Shown here: positions 38,123 through 51,679 of the stretch, piece by piece | Position numbering within the stretch: position 1 is the first letter of the stretch | Layout of the letters: each line of letters begins with the position of its first letter | Assembly (NCBI GenBank): GCA_964016885.1 | Contig: OZ024749.1 | Location: 39,494,001 to 39,558,000 of the forward strand | Source: Eledone cirrhosa | Taxonomy: Eukaryota | Reading direction: 5' to 3' | DNA length: 64,000 nt | Notes under the pieces: model-generated | The model's input: only the letters and a program-made list of their open reading frames with translations | Told to the model about the DNA's origin: nothing | The model's database searches: none | Translations under genes and position numbers: made by a program

Positions 38123-41100
38123 TGTGTATTATGTGTGTATCATGATCACCATTGCTTTTACGACCACTTTACCATGCTGACATCACTTGGAAGGGATGTT
38201 TTGAGGCAATGTTTTACGGCTAGATGCCCTTCCTAATGCTACCTCTTTCAACACTCAGTTCTGGTCCTTACTACAATAGGTTACTATTGTTGCTATATTT
38301 TCAGATGTCTTGTTCCACTGCTTGCACTGTTAGGCATCTATTTCACAGTCATTGCTATACTTGGTATCATCCATATCCAGCCTTCCTGGACTGAATGCAT
38401 GCGTAAGTATGAAATCTCCTATCTTCCTAATTTACTTCACTATCATCATTATTTAACATCCATTTTACCTGATTGTAAATATTGATTGGGTTGTCACAGA
38501 CCAGTCAGTACTTAATCAGAGCTACTGACTTCTCAGATGGACTGGAGGCCTGCACCTCGCTTACATACGGTCCCACAATAACAGGCTTCTTCAGTTTCTG
38601 TCTACCAAGTTCCATTCACAAAGCATTAATCAACCTGTGGCTATAGTAAAAGACACTTACCCAAAGTGCTGTTAAAAAAGACTAAACCCAGAACTATGCC
38701 TGTACCTAAGTCATCTTTCCCGTCCCTCTCCACCATTCTTAGCTAATTTAGTTCAAGAAGTTCTTCATTGATTTTTTTTATTTTCTTCCTTCCTTTTCAG
38801 AACCTTACTGGCTAGAATTGTCTGTAGTGACAGTTCTGTTTGTCCAGTTACTCGTAGTTTCTGGGATTTTCATCACACGCAGATTAAATGAAATCAGCAC
38901 CTTGGATTCATTGAGGTGGTCACAGAAGAGAGACCTCTGGTGGTAAGTTTATTGTTTTACAGTAATTTAATTCCTGCCTGACACTTCATAATACAAAGAT
39001 CTTCATCATCACAATCATCAACATTGTCTATTTTTCCATGCTGGCATGTGTTGGGTGGGGTCATCATAGACCAAGGCAATAGTTAATTGAAGCTTCTGTT
39101 CTCCCAGATGGTCCAGGAAACCCTATGTTCTAGTTTTGCTATGGTTTTTACCCAACAACATTCTGATTTATATGAGACACTTCATCTGCTTCTCATTACC
39201 ATGATAAATAATCCTGTTTATATCCCACCTAACTTCCTCATATTATATTCTTTGGCAGTATCGGTAGAGGGTCGGACACCATACTTTCCAGCATAGTTAC
39301 GTCCCTTTACGGTCTGAGTTCAAATCCCGCCGAGGTTAACTTTGCCTTTCATCCTTACGAGGTCGATAAAATAAAGTACCAGTAATGTACTGGGTATTTG
39401 CTGGCCTTGTGCCAAAAGTAGAAACAATTATATCCTTCTACTGACCCCCTCTGCTCCTTCCAAGGCTATCACTTAGTTCATGTAGCCTTATACAAAATAT
39501 TATTTTGCTACAGTGTGTCACAAGGCTGGCCCTTTGAAATACAGGTATGACTCATTCCTTCCAGCTGAGTTGACTAGAGCCAAGTGAAATAATATAGTGT
39601 GTTGCTAAAGGACACAAAACGTTGGCCACCATCACAAATACCACTACACACCTTCATGAATAAAGAGTGTATCAAAAAGAATCATCTGATTTTATTTACA
39701 AATTTTACAAATGCTCAATATGTAAATAACTTCATAAAAATTGATAAAAGTTATGAAAAAAAGAATAAAACTATATTCAGACATGTATTGTGCAAGTTAC
39801 CACATAATTATATGGTCATTTGTTTAAAAAATATAGTTTTTTTTAAATAAATCCTTTTCATACACCCTGTATAATATTCGATAATAATAGACATTTATAT
39901 AAAGTCCAGAAGGGAATATGTAAATAGAAATTACTTATTACTATATTTCAGCAAACTCCTTTAACATGTTACCTTCTTGTTCTTTTTATTCCAGTTTAAT
40001 TGCAGTTTTTGAAACTTCTGCTTGTGTTACACTATTTTATGACTTGGCTGTTCAGATCTGTAAGTAACATTTATATAATATGATTTAGCAGGTTCCTCTC
40101 ACCCCTGGGAATCTGCTCATCCTTGAGGGTCTATGAGCTAAGTGAAAAATTTCAAGTATTTTGTTCAAAACATGACACACATTATTGAGTGCCTGTTTTT
40201 CTCTAAGATTAAACATCTCTCTCTCTCTTGGTTGTTATTGTTATAAACATAATATTCACACACTACTGGGTATCTATTCTCTAAAAAGCCCCAGCTATCG
40301 CCAGTACTCATTTTCAGCTGAGTATACTGGAGCAATGTGAAATGAAATGTTTTGCTCAAGAACACAACCCAGCCCAGAAATTGAACCCACGTCATTATGA
40401 TCATAAGTCCAACACCCTTACCACATGCCTCCACTTGTATGAAATCTCCAATGTCTTAATATCAATGTCAAGTACTCAATACATGTGTGTTGTGTTGGAC
40501 TGCTGTCAGTTCCGACAAATATTTCAGTTGGTTGATCAACTGTGCTGCCCTTTGTTATAATTTCTATTGTTTTCAATCCTAATTCTTTATTTTATAACTC
40601 TTTACAGTGGGTGACAACCAATCTGGATGCAGCGGTGTGTTTGTAAGTAAAAGAAATTTTTTTTTTTTTCAGTTTTTAATTCATTATTTTTAATTCCCTG
40701 GTCAACTAATTTTTGAGGGCATGAGTAGAGCTAGCTGAGTGGTTTAATATTAATTATAAGCTGGGTATAGCTTGGGATCTATTCAGGTCTGACCTCACCT
40801 CCTTCTGATGCTCACCAGCACACTCCTGTAGTTTGGGTTACTGGCTAGTGGACTTCTCGTGCTACAGTAGCCCTTAAATTAAACCGCAATCATCTTTGAA
40901 AATGTAAACGATACAGTGATCTCTTCTACACCAAAAATAGCAACTCATTTCTTTAAAAAAAGCTACAATTTTAATAAATTTTTTTGATAAATAAAATTAA
41001 TTTTTCACTTTTTGTTTTAAAAATGTACTAAATAATTCAACAAAAACTACGATGTAGAGAATAAAGTAAATTTATTTTCACACTTCCTTATGTTTTAAAA

Positions 41101-44100
41101 ATGTACTAAAATATTACAACTAGAATTACAATGTAGAATGATAATAAAAAAAAAAAAGGTGGTGAACAATATTCATACCCTTTGACTGACATTCGTAGTT
41201 AAAACCATTTATTTATTTTAATATCTGCCCAAATTGTGGTACATCTTATAAGCCCATGTGTCTTATAAGCTGCCAAATATAGTAATTTATTTCAGAACAC
41301 AAAAAGTTATATTTATTTAGTATATTTCTTTATAGTGTTATCCACTATGAATTGTTCAAAAGTGTTGTCTCACACCTGTAACCTGGTTAACAACATAGTT
41401 CTACTGTACATTGTCAGCAAAATTAATTACTTTTGATGGTTTTTTTTTGTTGTTGTTGTTTTTTTCTTATATTTTAAATTTATTACATCTGTATATTCTA
41501 AATTTCTCATTTATTTTCAGCTTCACACACAAGAACTTTTTTCTCCAATATTTCTATCTTTCATGGTAAGAAACCTGTTCCCTTCTCTCTCTATATATAT
41601 ACGTTTTGTGTAATAGTATCTGTTTTTATCCTTTTTAATCTGAACTATATATATATTATATATACACACACACATAAAAGAAAATGATTATTATGATAAA
41701 CTCAAGAAAATAAAAAAACTATAATACAGTAATAGTATGATAGTTTACCACTTGATAGAGCTCTTAAAAGAGTCATAATGTTTTAGATGCAAGTCCTTCA
41801 TTAGAAGAGAGAAACAGAAAAAGGAGTATGTTTGAGAGAGAGAGAAGCAAAAGGAAGATAGATGAAAGTACTAAAAGGAAACATGGAAAAAGAAGATAGA
41901 TGCAGTGGAGGCACATGGCTTAGTGGTTAGAGCATTGGCCTTGCAATCGAAAGGTTGTGAGTTCAATTCTCAGACCAGGTGATGTGTTGTTTCCTTGAGC
42001 AAGACACTTTATTTCACATTGCTCCAGTTTACTCAGCTGTAGAAATGAGATGATAGGGACTGGGGTCCCTATCATTCCACTGCAAAGTGGTCGTGGAGGT
42101 GCCACGGCAAAAAAGCACCCAGCACTCACTGTAAATGAGGTTGGTGTTAGGAAGGGCATCCAGCTGTAGAAATCAAGCCAGCATCAGTTCCCATCCCACC
42201 CTTGCAAGCAGGGAAAAAGCGGATGTAAAATGAAATGAAATGATGAAATGATGCATGACTGGAGACATTAGGTTATTGAAAATAATCTGCCTACTTGTTC
42301 TGTATTGTTTTTTAGTTTGTAAAAGTTTGTTTTGTATTGTATTGTACTTGACAGGTCCTTAAGCTGCTCTTACCTATATGGGTAATGATGTTTGTGTTCC
42401 ATCCATTGCCTCCTGCTGGTGATCAAGAAGATTTGATTCCTGCTTTTAGCGAAGATGGAGTAAGTTATTCTCTTCACTCTTATTGCTGCCATTAACTCTT
42501 AACATCGTCTACCACATGAGACAGCTTTAACAAGACAAACTTGTAAAGTACAAAACACGACTATGACTCCTTCACATTAAAAATTAAAGTCTTTATTAAT
42601 ACTGTAAATTTTCACAGGGATTTGTCCACTAGTAAAGATGTTATAAACATTTGAATTGACAAACCTGTTTTTAGATGTTTTCTGCTAAATTGTTAGAGGA
42701 TGTTAAGAGTTAAGCTATATATATTTACTGTTCATTAGATCATTCGGCCATGCAGTATCGGTAGAGCGTCCGACAACTTTTGCAGCATAGTTATGGCCCT
42801 TTACGTTCTGAGTTCAAATCCCGCTGAAATTAACTTTGCCTTTCATCCTTACGGGGTCGATAAAATAAAGTACCAGTTATGTACTGGGATAATTGCTGGC
42901 CTTGTGCCAGAAGTAGAAACAATTATATTTTCTCTTACCTCAAAGTCTGGTATTTTCAGAAATTTCAGATTGTAAAAAAAAAAAACCATGAATGGTTGCT
43001 ATCAGAAAACTCCCAAAGTAAATATGAAATACTGTGTAATGTATTTTTTAAGGCCTCCTTCAGTCATGGCTGGCCATGGGTTTACACCTCAACAGTTACT
43101 CTGCAAGCCTCTCTTTTCTCTGCCATCAATGCTGTCCCAGGCATTGATTGTCAATGAAAGCATTATGTAGAAAGGTTAGTTTGGTCAGCACAGTAGTACT
43201 ATGATCAGTACAGTAATGTACTGTGATTGGTAGATTTTTCTGTACCAGACTTTGAATGTGAAATGAAACATGATTTCACCCATTAACACAGAAACCAAAT
43301 AGAGAACTCCTTTGCAGGTCTTTGATATGCTACCTCCCTGATCTTGTACATATATCTATACACAGCATACACACACACACACATACATAGAGAGACACTT
43401 CCGTGTGAGTGAGACATGGTCTCCTGACCATTCTCGCATCAAATGGAACAAAACTGTCTAACCCATGCTAACATGGAAGATGGGCATTAAACAACGACGA
43501 TGATGATGATGATGATGATGATTATGATATGATTATGATGATGATGATTATGATACAGTAGATGTATCTATACATTGCATACACATATATACACAGCAAA
43601 TATACCTATACATTGCACACACACACACACTGAATATATCGCTATACACATATATAGACACACTGTAGTTATAGCTACACTCTGAACACATACACACAGC
43701 AAGCATCTCCCTTTCTATTTCATTTTTCACTCTCTGTCTATCTCTTTCTTTCTCCCTCTCTTTTGCTCTTGTCTCACTCTCACCCTCTCTTTTGCTCTTG
43801 TCTTACTCTCACCCTCTCATTCTTACCCTCACCCTCTCACCTTCTCTCAAAACATCTTCAGAATTTTCTTCTTTGCTTTACTTAAAAGAAAATTAAAGCT
43901 AATGATTTTTCTCTTTGATTAAATAAGCATTTTAAGGGCACACCACATTGTGTGAGTCCCCACTTAACTATATATATATGTATATACATGCATATATATA
44001 CATATATATATATATACGTCTAACCCATGCTAGTGTGGAAGATGGACGTTAAATGATGATGATATATATATATATATATATATATATTTATTGTGAAGGT

Positions 44101-44380
44101 GCATAGCCTAGTGGTTAGGGTGTTGAACTCATGGTCATGAGATTGATTCCTAGACTAGATGGAATGTTGCTGAAGAACATGAGTACCAGCAACTAGAGGC
44201 ATGGGTTTTAACACCTGTAACTGACTAGTTTACAGTCCAAGGTGGAGTCTTGATAGAACCAGGGTCTTTCTTAAAGTACCCTTGAAACCTCCTATGAGAT
44301 GCAACATTGTTGGGGGCCAGCTAAACCTACATAGGTGTGAGCTGTAACAACACACATACATATATATATCTTAGTGTATG

Positions 44381-44435
<55 letters not shown>

Positions 44436-47164
44436 ATATATATATATATTGTATATATATGTATATATATATCAGTATTAGTATAACTCTGCTATATCTT
44501 CTACCTCTTCAGATGATTTAATAGTTTCTCTTCATTGTGTCATCACTCAGTAAACTACAGGTATGTTTTTCCTAGCTCGATGACTTGATAGTTGTTCACT
44601 TTAACTTGATGAGAAACAGGCTAATAACCAACATTTCCTGCTCTAACCAGTTTTACTTTAATGTATTCCGATGGCTTATTTAATATTTTGTGTTTTATTG
44701 TTTTTATATTTAACCTGAAGTTTGATTAACCCTTCCATTTACCATATTTTGAATGAAAGACAATGTCCATGATTTTCAAATAATTTTGTAGATATGCAAG
44801 GATTTGGAGGGTCTTAGTAATGTAACTAACTTTCTTGTTATTAAGATGGTGTTTTGAACACGATTTAACAAAGCTTTTTACATAGAATTATAGTGGAAGG
44901 TTTTTAGATAAATATAAACACTTTAACTCTTTAGTATCTAAATTCTCTCACCTCTTTCTGTTCAAACCAGCTGTAACCAGCTGTACTGTTCTCAAAATAA
45001 ATAATATCAAAATCTCATAGATTCGATATTATAGTGAGATAATTATGTGAGGTAAAGCCTTTACCGGGAAAATATAATAGTAAATATAGAGTAATGTAAA
45101 TACTGAAAGGTTAAACCTTTTATTACCATATTTCTAATGAAAATCACTGCCTATGATTTTCTAATAATTTTGTAAATATGTAGGAATTTGGAGAGACTTA
45201 GTAATATAACTTTCCCATTATTAAGCTGGTGTTTGGAGTATAACTTAACAAAGGTTCTTGCATAAAATAATGAGAGAATTTTTTAGGTATGTATAAACAG
45301 TTTAAATTAAGCGGTTTGCTGAAAATTGGCTCCAATATTGATACAGAAAGTATGTCTTAACAAAATGAAAATTTAAATTACCCTTCTTATTTTATCAGTT
45401 AATTTAGGAATAATTATTTAATTCTCTCATCAGTTTAGACCAAACACACATTAAAATGTCTTTAGTTTATACAAAATAGTGTAAGATATGTGATTATGAT
45501 TATTTTGGAAAACCTGGTATAATACAAATTAGAAATACATGAGTGAAAACTCAAGTAAAATAAGAAAAACAAAATAAAACAACAGTTTGCACTTTTACCT
45601 TCTATTTCATAATATTTTGAGGTTAGGGGCTCTTTTTCAAAGGAAATGGAGTGTGGTGTTGATGAGTGGTGCTCAACTGTGAAGAAATTGGGATGGAATG
45701 TTAGTGACAGGTGCAAACTGGTGTAGTCAGAAGGAATTCTATTTACTAAATTTATTTCAGATATTTTACATATATATTACTCTGACAAAGAGTTGCTTTG
45801 ATTTCTATAAACGTCATAACCATCTCACTTTTGCACTTTTGAAATTCATTTAGCTACTAACTAATTAGTTATAGTCTTATTAATTAGTCTGTTCAGGCTT
45901 ATTGTTTTTGAAAATTCCTTCAACTGACAGCATGCCAATATACCTTGTTGCATCTTAGCATTTCCAATTTAAATATACAATGTGAAAAGCATGGCATAAT
46001 TGCTTTTCCATAAATAACTGATTTTATTGATGTTGTAATACATAAATGATATTTATTTTTAATATAAATCAACATTTTTTTTCCTATTGGCTCTTGACAA
46101 ATATTTAATGTAAAATTATGATAATGATGTTACATCGTTATACAAAATTTTGTGGAATTGCTTGAGCGGAGTTGAGTAAATGTGTGCAAGAAGTAATGGT
46201 GGTCTCTGCATTTTTTGTAACCTGGTCACTGACACGGTTCCATCGTGGATTGAAAATGTATCAGTGACCAGGTGAAAGTAAAGTGAAGTGAAGTGAAGTT
46301 TTTGTGTGTTTTTTGAGTGACTAAAATGACTTTCATGATGTAATTACTTTAGTTTCAACATACAGTTCTCAGATTTGCCAAACAAATACAACAACCATAT
46401 ATATATGTGTAGCAGCTGCCAGCCACTCTTTTTCCATTTCTAGGGGCATTTTACCCAATTTTCTAAGCTACTATCTATAGTGATTGACTGATGATACAAT
46501 TTATTTTCTGTATAAGGGATTCCCACATTTTCTGAGAGAGAGTCTGCAGTGCTGGTAGTACACAATGCAGGGGGAGATGAAGAGTGGCTATGGAGATAAG
46601 TGAAATCCCGACCACAGCGCCAAGCGGTTTCAGCTTGATGTCACAGTCGGGATTTTCCCTACCCCTCTCTCTCTATGCGTGTGTGTGTGTACTGAACTTC
46701 TTTCTTAAATTTTCACATTTCCTATAAATTTAAATGTGTAAATGTTATTTAATTTAGAAAATTATCAAACCTTTATGCATTTATTGGTGTTGATTTGAAA
46801 AGTGGCATTAATTTGTTTCCGTGAAATTTTGTTTTGTAATGGCTACATAGTTTGATTGCTTTGGCCACAAATCCAGGCACAGGGTACCCCAACATAGAGG
46901 AATGGAACATAACTAAACACCAAGCATTGACCATTGACTGACCACTTTTTTTTTTTTTTTTTTTGCTGGTCACCATTAATACCTCTGGTGTCCTTCTCGG
47001 GCCCTGGACTACCATTTTTTCTTCTGCCATAGAGAGAAGGGCATCACACCCTAGCATGAACCCCCTGTGATGTGGGATGGCTGATGCATCACTGGTTGTT
47101 CTCCACAGCAATGCTTTCGTCATCTTGTCTGCAGAGCACTGCAGCAGAAATATACTGTCCATCT

Positions 47165-47200
<36 letters not shown>

Positions 47201-50200
47201 TCTCTCTTTTCCTTTTTTTCTCTCATTATTTTTGTCACGTTTATTCATCTTTATCAGAGTCTTGATGGAAAGAAATATAATTTATTGATTATAATGTTTT
47301 ATAAATCTTTTCTAGTGGCTTATGTAATTTATTCTCATAAGCCCACCATGTTACTAAATCCCTTCCTGTATATCATAGAATATTTAAGAGCTATCTCTAT
47401 TACTGTGTCAGAGTACTTAAGACCTATCTCTATCACTATATATCATAGAATACATAAAACCTTTACTGTATCATAGAGTACTTAAGACTTATCTCTATTA
47501 CTACCTACATCATAGAATACTTTAGATAGTAACATAAACCTATCTCTATTGGTTGCAGGGTTTCCACAGTCAAGAATTACGACATTTCTTGTCGTAGTTT
47601 CAACTTTATTGTTTTATTTTAGAATTGCCATTCAAAGCGATACCAATTGAAATGAAAAAAAAAAACAAAAAACAAAAAAAAAAAAAACAACAAAACAAAA
47701 CAAAACAAAACAAAACAATCGGGAAAATTTATTTTCCTTTCAACTGCCTGAAGGTAAATATCTGATATAATCTCAAATATGGCCTTATTTTCAGAAGGTT
47801 ACCTTTTCAATGTTTGTCTTTGAAATTTCTTCGCAATCTTTTTGTATGGTCTTCGTAGTTTTCAATGGCGTCTACACATTCACCAATATGGGACAGAGCA
47901 CATTTCAGTTTAGTTTGACATTATCTTTATTACTAAACTTAATTTTTAAGAGATAATTCCTTCTAAACTGAATTCAGGTCTTAAGAATTACAATCACTTC
48001 ACTTCTGCTTATCTGACCCATCAGTTACCCCACCTCTTTTTTTTTCTGGAATATTGTAGACTCCCAAGCCACTTTGCATTTGTATATATATATTTCCTCA
48101 AACATGGTGCCATAATACTGTTTGTACTGTTCTACACAAGCATGCCTCCCTTTGATCTTTTTCCTCTCCTCTGCCTTTTGGCAGTATGTGTCTTACCCTT
48201 CACACTTACATCTTTTTGGAAATAGTAAACTTTTCAGTAAATGTCAATAGAATTTCAATGAAATTAATTCTGAGTTTCAGAGATTGTAGAGTTTATCATG
48301 TGATTACTTATTGCTGTATTATTAACTCTTAATATCCTATACATTAGCAAGACATTCTTGGAAAGTACAAAACATCACTCACTGCATCACATTAAAAAAT
48401 AAAGTCTTTACTTTAATACTGCAAATGTGTCTACTAGCAAAGATACTGTAAACATTTGAATTAACAAACCATATGAAACTGTATTAGTAAAATATTCTTG
48501 AAAAACACAAAACAGCACTATGTCTACATCACATTAACAATTGAACTATTTACTTTAATGCTGCAAATTTTCACAATGATCTGTCCACAAGTAAAGATAC
48601 TATAAATATTTGAATTAAAAAACCTGTTTTTAAATAATTTCTGCTAAATAATTACAGGATATTAAGAGTTAAATGATTGGCAATATTTTTTAGGATGTAA
48701 ATTAAAATCCTCTTGGTACTCATTGCAAGTCCTTACTCTATATTTAGCTCTTTCATCCATTGCCTGAAAAATGCCTACAGTTTTAAATATTTGAGGGTGT
48801 AAGACCCTTTCTCAAGGATAGTTTCCCCATTTCTAATGTATGACCTTTATAAATGTAGACAATACTGCTACTATTGCTGCAATGTTAGTCATCAGGGATG
48901 GTATAGATACTTTCTGTATCACGTTTAGTTAAATGAATCACTAGTTTCGCACTAACTTATCCTTAATCCTTATTTTCAATATTTTAGATCCTATTCTCTC
49001 AAGATCTTTCAGTATTTTCTGATTTGTTGTTGTACTTGTTGTGGTTGTTATTATTATTGTTGTTATTATTATTATTATTATTATTATCATCATCATTATC
49101 ATTAGTCTTATTTTCATTGTGTGCTGTCACTGCATTACTGAGCACAGCTCTGTGCAACTTGGGTGAATTGGCAGCATCAGTAGAGGGTTGGACGCCATGC
49201 TTTCTAGCATAGTTACGTCCCTTTACAGTCTGAGTTCAAATCCCGCCGAGGTTAACTTTGCCTTTCATCCTTACGGGGTCGATAAAATAGAGTACCAGTA
49301 ATGTACTGGGTAATTGCTGGCCTTGTGCCTAAAGTAGAAACAATTATTATTATTATCATCATTATTATTGTTATTATTCTCTGCCAATCAAGCAGTACAA
49401 TCAATGGCATTCTATAGAGGGTTAGTGGAGAGTAAAAGCAACAATGTTCTTAAGGAGACTTTGGGTGTTGACAATAATCAACTAGCCAATATTTCCCAGA
49501 GAACTTTCAGAAACACCTGGCTTGGCAGTGTTACCAGGGAGTATTGCCAGTTTGAGATAAACTCTACAAGCATGGAAGTGTTATCAGCGAAGTCTGAGAT
49601 GCGTGCAGGGGTGACAAAAGCAGCATCCTGCATGCACTTGTCGAGTGTCCATGCTTTACTAACTTGTGAGGTTTTGCCAAACACCTGCCGTCATGTGTAG
49701 GACGGATCTGGTTATCAGCTGTGTCAATTATAAAGAGGTTGTGTAGTGGACACATCTGAAAGCGTTGAAGACAAGCACTTTCCTCTTTAGCAAAGCCCTG
49801 ATTAGCTTTTTCAAGTTGCACTTGAAGAGGGAAATCAGAGTGGAGAGGAAAGTGCTGCTTTCCAAGCAGTTTGTTGAAAGGTGGTTGAGAGAGGTAACCA
49901 TGGCCTGAGTAAATGGGCCTGCTCTGAGTATGCACCTGTAGATTGGAGAAAGAAAACAGGGAGAGGGCATTTGCCGTAGTGGTCATGGTGATGTGGATTT
50001 TTGTGAGCTTTCTCCATGTGTGACCCTTGGAATCCACCACCACCACCACCTATTGAGGAATTTATTTTGTTTTGAATTTGTACACGTTTTCCTTGTTTTT
50101 AGTTAAATCTTTTTTACATTCTAAAACCCATACTGTACCCTCCTGTGCCGTCCTTAATATTTTCTTAATGTGAGCCCTGCATGGCTTATTATTGTTACTT

Positions 50201-51633
50201 CTTTGGTAGTTTTATGCAAGTTTCTACTGCATCATCTGGTGCACCTTCATGTTCCTGAGTTGTGTGTTTGTATTTTTGTGATGTGTGTAGGGGGAGGGGG
50301 CAGTATTGTCCCCTCCTACTAGTGTACTGCATCAGCCTTGTTTTGTTTTGGAGGTGTAGTTTGTTGCTTTTTGTCTTAGTTTAGTTTTCTATTGTGGTGT
50401 GTGCATTGTGAATTGTGATATTGTACACTGTGTAAAGTGGTTGGTGATAAGTACGTCATCTAGCTATAAAAATAACTTGCTAACTAACGAGACAAGAGGA
50501 CTCATCAGTTGTGCCATTGACACAAGAACTTCCCTTATGTTAGTGCCACGATAAAATCCACTTAGTAGAGTGCAAAACTGTATGTCGGGTCCCTGACCCA
50601 CCAGGAGATTGGAGGCTCTGCTTGAGTACTGACCGGTCCGTGACCACTTGTTCAATCCTTGCTAGCAGGGAAATCAAACATTAACCCTTTAGCATTTATA
50701 TTACTCTATATATACTATTGTATTTTTGTGGTAAAGGCTTTACCTCACATAATATCAAATCTATGAGATTTTGATATTATTTATTTTGAGAACAGTGCTT
50801 TATCAGTATGAGCAACCGGTTACAGCCAGTTTGAACAGAAACGGGTGAGATATTTCTGGCCGGATACGGCCGGTTTAAATGCTAAAGGGTTAAACAATGA
50901 TGATGATGATGATATATAATAAGATCAAGTCATAATTGTTTCTACTTTTGGCACAAGGCCAGCAATTACCCAGTGTATTACTGGTAGTTTATTTTATCGA
51001 CCCCATAAGGATGAAAGGCAAAGTTAATCTCGGCGGGATTTGAACTCAGAATGGCAAGGGCCGTAACTCTTTGCGTCAAAGCATGGCGTCCGATCCTCTA
51101 CCGATACTGCCAATCCACCGCCCCCAAGTCATAATCCTGAGTCATGTTACTGTGGAGTTTCACCAGTAGTTTCATTGGTGAAATTGCAGAGTAAGTGGAC
51201 ACTGACTTGACCTTAATATATATTATTGATCTCTACTATGGTACTGAGTACTCAGTCTCGTAACCATCAATTTATGTGCGTGTATGCATGTACTTGTATC
51301 TATGTGTGTGTGTATATCATATAAGTGCTCAGTCCACACTATGAAGTGGTCACTTTGAAATGGTCACTATGAAATGGTCACTATGAAATGGTCACTTTGA
51401 GTGGTCACTATGAAATGTACACAGTCCACACTGTAAATGTGATTGGCATTAGGAAGGGCATCCAGTTGTAGAAACCAAACCAGAAACAGTTCTGTGTGAG
51501 CAAGACACAGCCTTCTGATCTGACTTGTCTCACAATGGGACAACTCATCTAACCCATGGTAGCATGGAAAATGACTTTAACCCATGCTAGCGTGGAAAAT
51601 GGACGTCAAACGAAGATGAAGATGATGATGATG

Positions 51634-51679
<46 letters not shown>

